From positions 1 to 11,772 of the forward strand of contig JBDRQF010000043.1 of NCBI GenBank assembly GCA_043826435.1: a stretch of DNA of 11,772 nucleotides. The letters run 5' to 3'. The notes beneath the pieces are model-generated. The model searched no databases. It was not told the origin of the DNA and saw only the letters and a program-made list of their open reading frames with translations. The translations under genes and the position numbers were made by a program. Below are positions 7,245-11,772 of this stretch, piece by piece. The stretch is from Elusimicrobiota bacterium (GTDB taxonomy: Bacteria > Elusimicrobiota > Endomicrobiia > CG1-02-37-114 > JAHJSO01). Numbering within the stretch: position 1 is the stretch's first letter; every line of letters starts with the position of its first letter.

Positions 7245-8582
7245 ATGAAGGGTAGAACGTTATGTATGATTTCAGCGGTTTTAATGGGGACATTCGTCAC
7301 GGGAGATGCGTCAATGCTTACGAGCGGAGTCAGCAGGGTTAAACTGGACAACGGGCTGGTACTCATTCACAAAAAAACGGGGCCGCTGCCGATAATCAGC
7401 GTAAATATTTTTCTCATGACGGGAAGCACTTCCGACCCGCAGGAAAAACTGGGGCTTATGAACCTCGTCCAGACGCTCCTGACAAAGGGCACAAGAACGC
7501 GTTCAAGCGAGCAGATAGCCGTTGAGATTGAATCAATCGGTGGCAGTTTGGGCGCCGGGTGCAGCGAGGACTATTCAAGCGTGGGGCTGACGATAACGAA
7601 GAAACATCTGGCAAAAGGGATGGAACTCCTTGCCGACGTTTTCTTCAACCCCGCATTCCCGGAAGAGGAACTTACAAAAGAGAAATATATGACGGACATA
7701 TCCATAAAGACGAGGCATGACCGCATATTTAATGTGGCGTTTGACCTTATGATGGAAAACCTGTACGGCAGCCACCCTTATAAAAACCTTGTACAGGGAA
7801 GTACAATGACCCTGCAAAACATTACGAGGGAGGACGTTGTCAACAGGCACAGGCAAACATTCGGCCTGCCGAACGTTCTCATAACGGTTTCGGGGAATAT
7901 CGGGTTGTCCGAGACAAAAAAACTTCTGAAAAAATATTTTTCGGATATACAGAGCGTCAGTCCACCGCAACCGTTTTACCCTGCGCCCGAAATTAAAAAC
8001 ACAAACCCGGTGCAGAAGAAAAAATTCGAGCAGGCGTACCTGATGACCGGTTTCCGCGTACCGTCGGTGAACAGCCCGGACTATATAAAATTAAAATTGC
8101 TAAACGCCTGGCTCGGCGGCGGGATGAGTTCGCTGTTGTTTCAGGAACTCAGGGAAAAGGCGGGGTTGGGGTATGAGGTCCACTCCTTTTATCCGACACG
8201 CAAAGAGGAGAGCCATTTCGTAATATACATCGGGTTGGACGAGACATCAATCCCGGTGGCGAAAGAAAAAATATCTGCGCTGCTTGAAGATTTAAAGAAC
8301 AAAACGATAGATGCGGAAAAACTCAGGGAGATAAAAAACTACTTAAGAGGGACGTACCTGCTTGACCACCAGACATCGGGAAGGCAGGGGTGGTACCTTG
8401 GCTGGTGGGAGGTGCTCGGCAAGGGATATGGTTACGACGATGAGTATCTTTCAGAGATAGAAAAATTAACGGAGAAAGACCTGCAGGACGCAGCCCGGAA
8501 ATATTTTGACGGGGAGAGGGTCGTAGTTGAAGTTATCCCCGAAAAAACCGCTGCGGGAGCAGACCCGCGGCTACCCGAATAA
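7245..8582 (+). CDS. M16B family peptidase, non-catalytic partner subunit
   Basis: LDNGL, KGTRTRS, IESIGGSL, GGGMSSLLFQELREKAGLGY; HxxEH is replaced by NLVQT. The ATG at 7245, 4 nt after the upstream stop, is preferred over the overlapping TTG at 7203. Confidence 0.9.
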   Translation: MKGRTLCMISAVLMGTFVTGDASMLTSGVSRVKLDNGLVLIHKKTGPLPIISVNIFLMTGSTSDPQEKLGLMNLVQTLLTKGTRTRSSEQIAVEIESIGGSLGAGCSEDYSSVGLTITKKHLAKGMELLADVFFNPAFPEEELTKEKYMTDISIKTRHDRIFNVAFDLMMENLYGSHPYKNLVQGSTMTLQNITREDVVNRHRQTFGLPNVLITVSGNIGLSETKKLLKKYFSDIQSVSPPQPFYPAPEIKNTNPVQKKKFEQAYLMTGFRVPSVNSPDYIKLKLLNAWLGGGMSSLLFQELREKAGLGYEVHSFYPTRKEESHFVIYIGLDETSIPVAKEKISALLEDLKNKTIDAEKLREIKNYLRGTYLLDHQTSGRQGWYLGWWEVLGKGYGYDDEYLSEIEKLTEKDLQDAARKYFDGERVVVEVIPEKTAAGADPRLPE

Positions 8583-8625
8583 ACAGTCCGGGGTGTACCT
8601 TCCCGATAACCCGGATAATATATAC

Positions 8626-9108
8626 ATGACCCACTTTATTATTGACGGTTACAACCTGATAAAACAGGCACCTGAGTACATCGGTAGAAAACTCAGAGAT
8701 GGCAGGGAGGATTTAGTGAATACCCTGCAATACAAAAGACCGCAGGGGAGTTTAAAGAATAAGGTAAGCGTGGTGTTTGACGGGCACAGCGACGGATACT
8801 GTACAAAAAGGATAATAAAAAACTATAATATAGAGATAATTTTTACAGAGGGCGAGACCGCTGACGACAGGATAAAACGGTTCGTAAGTAAATCGGAATA
8901 TCCACGGAATATCGTCGTTGTCACGGACGACAAACAACTCAGGATGTCTGTAAGGATGAACGGGGCGAAGGTATTGTTCGTGAAGGACTTCATCAAGCCA
9001 AAATCCGGACGGCTGGACGCTGTATCTACCCGGATAAAAATGAAACTGCCGGAAGATGAGCAGCATGAAATAACAAAGGAATTAACGGAGATATGGAAAA
9101 ATGATTAA
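8626..9108 (+). CDS. NYN domain (YacP/Rae1-like, PIN-fold) ribonuclease
   Basis: IIDGYNLI, VVFDG, ETADDRI and VVTDD acidic motifs. The ATG at 8626, just before the first motif, is preferred over the TTG at 8527. Confidence 0.88.
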   Translation: MTHFIIDGYNLIKQAPEYIGRKLRDGREDLVNTLQYKRPQGSLKNKVSVVFDGHSDGYCTKRIIKNYNIEIIFTEGETADDRIKRFVSKSEYPRNIVVVTDDKQLRMSVRMNGAKVLFVKDFIKPKSGRLDAVSTRIKMKLPEDEQHEITKELTEIWKND

Positions 9109-9814
9109 AGCGGTACTTTTTGACATAGACAACACGCTGGTTGATTTTATGAGGATGAAGCACACTGCGATTGACCTGTCGGTTGATTACATGATAAACG
9201 CCGGGCTGCCGGGCCCGAAAGAAGAAATTGTGAAGGAAATATTTGCGATTTACCGTCAGACGCACATTGAAAGCCAGAACGCGCTTGAAGAGGTTATAAA
9301 AAGGCGGATGGGCTCTCCGGACTACAAGATTCTTGCATCGGGGATTATCGGTTACCAGAGGGGCAGGGATATGGCAACGTACCCATATCCGAAAGTTGAG
9401 CCGACAATCAAGGAATTGCTCCGTCTGGGATTGCAAATCGGAGCGGTCTCGGACGCGCCCGCCGAGCAGTGTTACAACCGCCTTGCAAGGATGCATCTGA
9501 TTTCATGGATGGATATTGTGGTAACGTACGACGACACGAAAGAGTACAAGCCATCCAGCAAGCCGTTTCTTCTTGCACTGCAGAAGTTACAACTTCAGCC
9601 ATCTGAAGTTTTGTATGTTGGCGACTGGCCTGAAAAGGATATAATAGGGGCCAAAAGGGTGGGTTTGGTGACAGTATTTGCGAGGTGGGGGGAGCATCCC
9701 GATGCAAAGGATACAGGCGCTGATTTTGATTTGCTTAATATAGACGATGTCGTAGAAGTCGTAAAAAAGTTAAACGGCTCCCCCGCCAGTATGGGGAGCG
9801 CAACTTCGCAGTAA
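9101..9814 (+). CDS. HAD-superfamily IA hydrolase, TIGR02253-like (archaeal-type) phosphatase
   Basis: Motif I FDIDNTL, motif II VSD, motif III KP, motif IV VGDWPEKDIIGAKRVG; overlaps the NYN gene by 8 nt. Confidence 0.9.
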   Translation: MIKAVLFDIDNTLVDFMRMKHTAIDLSVDYMINAGLPGPKEEIVKEIFAIYRQTHIESQNALEEVIKRRMGSPDYKILASGIIGYQRGRDMATYPYPKVEPTIKELLRLGLQIGAVSDAPAEQCYNRLARMHLISWMDIVVTYDDTKEYKPSSKPFLLALQKLQLQPSEVLYVGDWPEKDIIGAKRVGLVTVFARWGEHPDAKDTGADFDLLNIDDVVEVVKKLNGSPASMGSATSQ

Positions 9815-9834
9815 GTGTCAGATACCTCGCTGAT

Positions 9835-9863
9835 TTGCAAAAATATAAAATATCTGCTATAAC
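9835..9863 (+). promoter_or_regulatory. Sigma70-type promoter with extended -10 upstream of pfk
   Basis: TTGCAA (9835-9840), 17-bp spacer ending TGc, TATAAC (9858-9863); SD GGAGGAG at 9909-9915. Confidence 0.6.
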
Positions 9864-9922
9864 AACCAAAGAATTGTATTCATGGAACTACAACACTGCG
9901 ACAATGATGGAGGAGAAGCAAA

Positions 9923-10954
9923 ATGGTTAAAAAAATCGGAATTTTAACGGGAGGGGGCGACTGCCCCGGGCTTAATCCCGCTATCAGGGGTTGTGTTATG
10001 AGGGCGATGGATTTTGGCATTGAATGCATCGGAATTATTGAGGGATGGAAAGGCCTTATTGAGGGTAAAACAATGCCTCTTGGTCTTGAAGATGTCCAGG
10101 GGCTTATTGATAAAGGCGGCACGGTTATCGGTACATCACGGACAAACCCGTTTAAAAAGGAAGGCGGAGTTGAAAAGTGTCTTGATAATATAACAAAACT
10201 CGGCATTGATGCGGTTGTAGCGATGGGCGGAGAGGATACTCTCGGCGTCGCAGCGAAACTTTTTAAGGAAAAGAAGGTAAACGTCGTCGGTGTTCCCAAA
10301 ACGATGGACAACGATTTGTCCGCGACCGATTTTACTTTCGGGTTTGATTCGTCGGTGACCATCGCAGTAGATGCCGCTGCGCGGCTGATAGACACTGGCC
10401 GTTCACACCGCCGCATTATGGTGCTTGAAGTTATGGGCAGGCATGCCGGATGGGTTGCGCTCTATACGGGTATCGCCTCCGGCGCCGACTGGATATTACT
10501 CCCCGAAAAAGGAGTTGAAATTGACCGGATGTGCAAGCACCTGAAAGAAGCCCATTTTAGGAAAAGGTATGCGCTGGTTGTTGCATCGGAAGGCATAAAG
10601 ATTCCCGGCGGGGGGGCAGGGAAAGAAGAGATTGACGAGTTCGGACATATGATATTAAAAAAGAGAGGGGTCGGCGAGCAACTCGCCGAGGTTATAGAGA
10701 AAAACACAGGTGCGGAGACAAGGGTGGCGGTGATAGGGCACATACAGAGAGGCGGTGCCCCGACCCTGTTTGACAGAGTCCTTGCAACAAGGGTGGGAGT
10801 TAAAGCGGCAGAACTTGTGAACGAGGGGAAGTTCGGCCAGATGGTCGCCCTGCGCGGCAACAATGTAGTGCCAGTTTCGCTTGAAGAGGCGACGGCTAAA
10901 CTTAAAACGGTTACCGACGAATGGATAAAATTTATGGAGGTATTTTTTAAGTAA
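9923..10954 (+). CDS. pfkA: 6-phosphofructokinase, PfkA family group III, probably PPi-dependent
   Basis: LTGGGDCPGLN, GGTVIGTSR, GGEDT, PKTMDND, EVMGRHAGW, GHIQRGG. Confidence 0.94.
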   Translation: MVKKIGILTGGGDCPGLNPAIRGCVMRAMDFGIECIGIIEGWKGLIEGKTMPLGLEDVQGLIDKGGTVIGTSRTNPFKKEGGVEKCLDNITKLGIDAVVAMGGEDTLGVAAKLFKEKKVNVVGVPKTMDNDLSATDFTFGFDSSVTIAVDAAARLIDTGRSHRRIMVLEVMGRHAGWVALYTGIASGADWILLPEKGVEIDRMCKHLKEAHFRKRYALVVASEGIKIPGGGAGKEEIDEFGHMILKKRGVGEQLAEVIEKNTGAETRVAVIGHIQRGGAPTLFDRVLATRVGVKAAELVNEGKFGQMVALRGNNVVPVSLEEATAKLKTVTDEWIKFMEVFFK

Positions 10955-10961
10955 ATTGTAA

Positions 10962-11027
10962 TATAACAAAAAAGGCAAAGTGTATAATACTTCTCGTGAA
11001 ATCTTAAAAGCATTAAACAAAGTATAA
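10962..11027 (+). pseudogene. C-terminal remnant of a type II antitoxin
   Basis: Start-less frame YNKKGKVYNTSREILKALNKV* whose TAA abuts the toxin-like ATG (TAAATG). It resembles the GKVxxxxSxxExxKxL tails of antitoxins paired with RelE-superfamily toxins. Confidence 0.4.
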
Positions 11028-11156
11028 ATGCGTTACAAAGCAAAACCTACCTTTTTTAGATCCATCAAGAAACTCCACCCAGTCAGAACACAAAAAGTAA
11101 AAGAAGCCATTCGAAATTTAGTAAAACTCCTTGAGTTCACCACAGGAGAAAAATAG
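11028..11156 (+). pseudogene. Truncated RelE/ParE-superfamily toxin (N-terminal 42 aa)
   Basis: MRYKAKPTFFRSIKKLHPVRTQKVKEAIRNLVKLLEFTTGEK* fits the RelE-like N-terminus (beta strand, FxRxIKKL helix, second helix) and lacks the C-terminal beta strands. Confidence 0.55.
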
Positions 11157-11168
11157 AGGTAACATCAG

Positions 11169-11396
11169 ATGAAAAAGAAAATTTTAAAGTTCACAGTAGT
11201 ATTTGAAAAAGATAAAGAAGGTGGATACATTGTGAGTGTTCCAGCATTACCAGGTTGTATGACACAGGGTGAAACTTTTGAAGAGGCAGAAACAATGATA
11301 AAAGATGCAATTAAATGTTATTGTGCAAGTTTAGCAAAACACAATGAGCCCATGCCCAAAGAAAATGGTGAATTGGTAGGAATGGTTTCTGGTTAG
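11169..11396 (+). CDS. hicB: HicB-family antitoxin, short form without DNA-binding domain
   Basis: FTVVFEKDKEGGYIVSVPALPGCMTQGETFEEAETMIKDAI is the HicB signature; GAGGT SD at 11156-11160. Confidence 0.92.
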   Translation: MKKKILKFTVVFEKDKEGGYIVSVPALPGCMTQGETFEEAETMIKDAIKCYCASLAKHNEPMPKENGELVGMVSG

Positions 11397-11400
11397 GGGG

Positions 11401-11472
11401 ATGAAGCGAGGACTTGTTTTTGGTCTGCTTAAGCATGCCGGATTAAGTATTGACGAGTTTAACGAGATATAG
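11401..11472 (+). pseudogene. hicA: C-terminal stub of HicA toxin
   Basis: MKRGLVFGLLKHAGLSIDEFNEI* matches the HicA C-terminal pattern (xKxGTLxxILKQAGLSxEEF) directly after hicB. The N-terminal part, including the catalytic GSH, is absent (in-frame stop at 11377). Confidence 0.75.
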
Positions 11473-11595
11473 CGGTCAGGTAGAACATTTTTTAGTTTTG
11501 TTTTTCGCCGACGAGGTTATGGTGCTTGGAATACGAAGGACGGGATTACATAACCATATAATATAATCTTCTTGCTTGAGGATTAAAATAAAAAC

Positions 11596-11772
11596 ATGAT
11601 ACACTATTATTTTGCCTTTACAATATCTAAAATAATTCAAGCATGTATAGTATATTTAATTATTTGGTTTGCATTTAAACCAAAATTAAAAAACGAATTA
11701 TTCGGATTTTACTTATTTATTTTTCTATTTTCTAGCATAATGAGCCTTTTTATTAATATATTATTTATTGTT
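11596..11772 (+). CDS. Hypothetical membrane protein, 3'-truncated by the window edge
   Basis: 59 open codons (MIHYYFAFTISKIIQACIVYLIIWFAFKPKLKNELFGFYLFIFLFSSIMSLFINILFIV...) in very AT-rich DNA; two hydrophobic segments. Confidence 0.5.
   Translation, partial: MIHYYFAFTISKIIQACIVYLIIWFAFKPKLKNELFGFYLFIFLFSSIMSLFINILFIV

Noticed and set aside
9777..9799. GCTCCCC/GGGGAGC hairpin as an intrinsic terminator
   Set aside because: It lies inside the HAD coding sequence and has no U-tract on the + strand.
9864..9922. Riboswitch (e.g. fluoride) in the pfk leader
   Set aside because: The leader is short and lacks the consensus of any riboswitch I know.
159..11043. Numerous minus-strand and alternate-frame ORFs in the track (e.g. 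2760-3374, 9880-10416, 10462-11043)
   Set aside because: They lie mostly or wholly over well-supported + strand genes and show no recognisable motifs, so they are shadow ORFs.
11391..11555. Possible integron attC sites (GTTAGGG at 11392, GTTATGG at 11516, ACATAAC at 11548) near TA genes
   Set aside because: The boxes are in the wrong order for an attC (GTT before AAC), there is no long imperfect hairpin with L boxes, and no integrase is in the window.
1..11772. tRNA, rRNA, CRISPR array, transposase or integrase
   Set aside because: None recognised; there are no regularly spaced repeats and the intergenic regions are short.

Overview
Bacterial DNA, probably from a diderm (lipoproteins, CsgG-like and exported proteins), with every credible gene on the + strand. 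Gene order: 5'-truncated AmmeMemoRadiSam protein B (MEMO1 family); DUF799/GNA1162-like lipoprotein; CsgG/HfaB-family lipoprotein; PolX-PHP DNA polymerase; a solitary Acr3 arsenite exporter; a promoter-led run of two M16B peptidase subunits (one active, one inactive), a YacP/NYN nuclease and an archaeal-type HAD phosphatase; then a PfkA-family phosphofructokinase with PPi-type signature residues. After about 10,955 the DNA becomes AT-rich. It holds decayed toxin-antitoxin fragments missed by the ORF track (antitoxin tail, truncated RelE-like toxin, essentially intact hicB, hicA C-terminal stub) and the start of a hydrophobic ORF. The most striking detail is an 81-bp in-frame insertion in polX, bounded by a perfect 15-bp direct repeat and carrying a REP-like GTAG-tagged sequence; removing it restores a canonical PolX thumb sequence. 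Similar REP-like remnants occur in the intergenic spacers. Family calls come from motif recognition, not database searches. I found no clearly supported complete new system.
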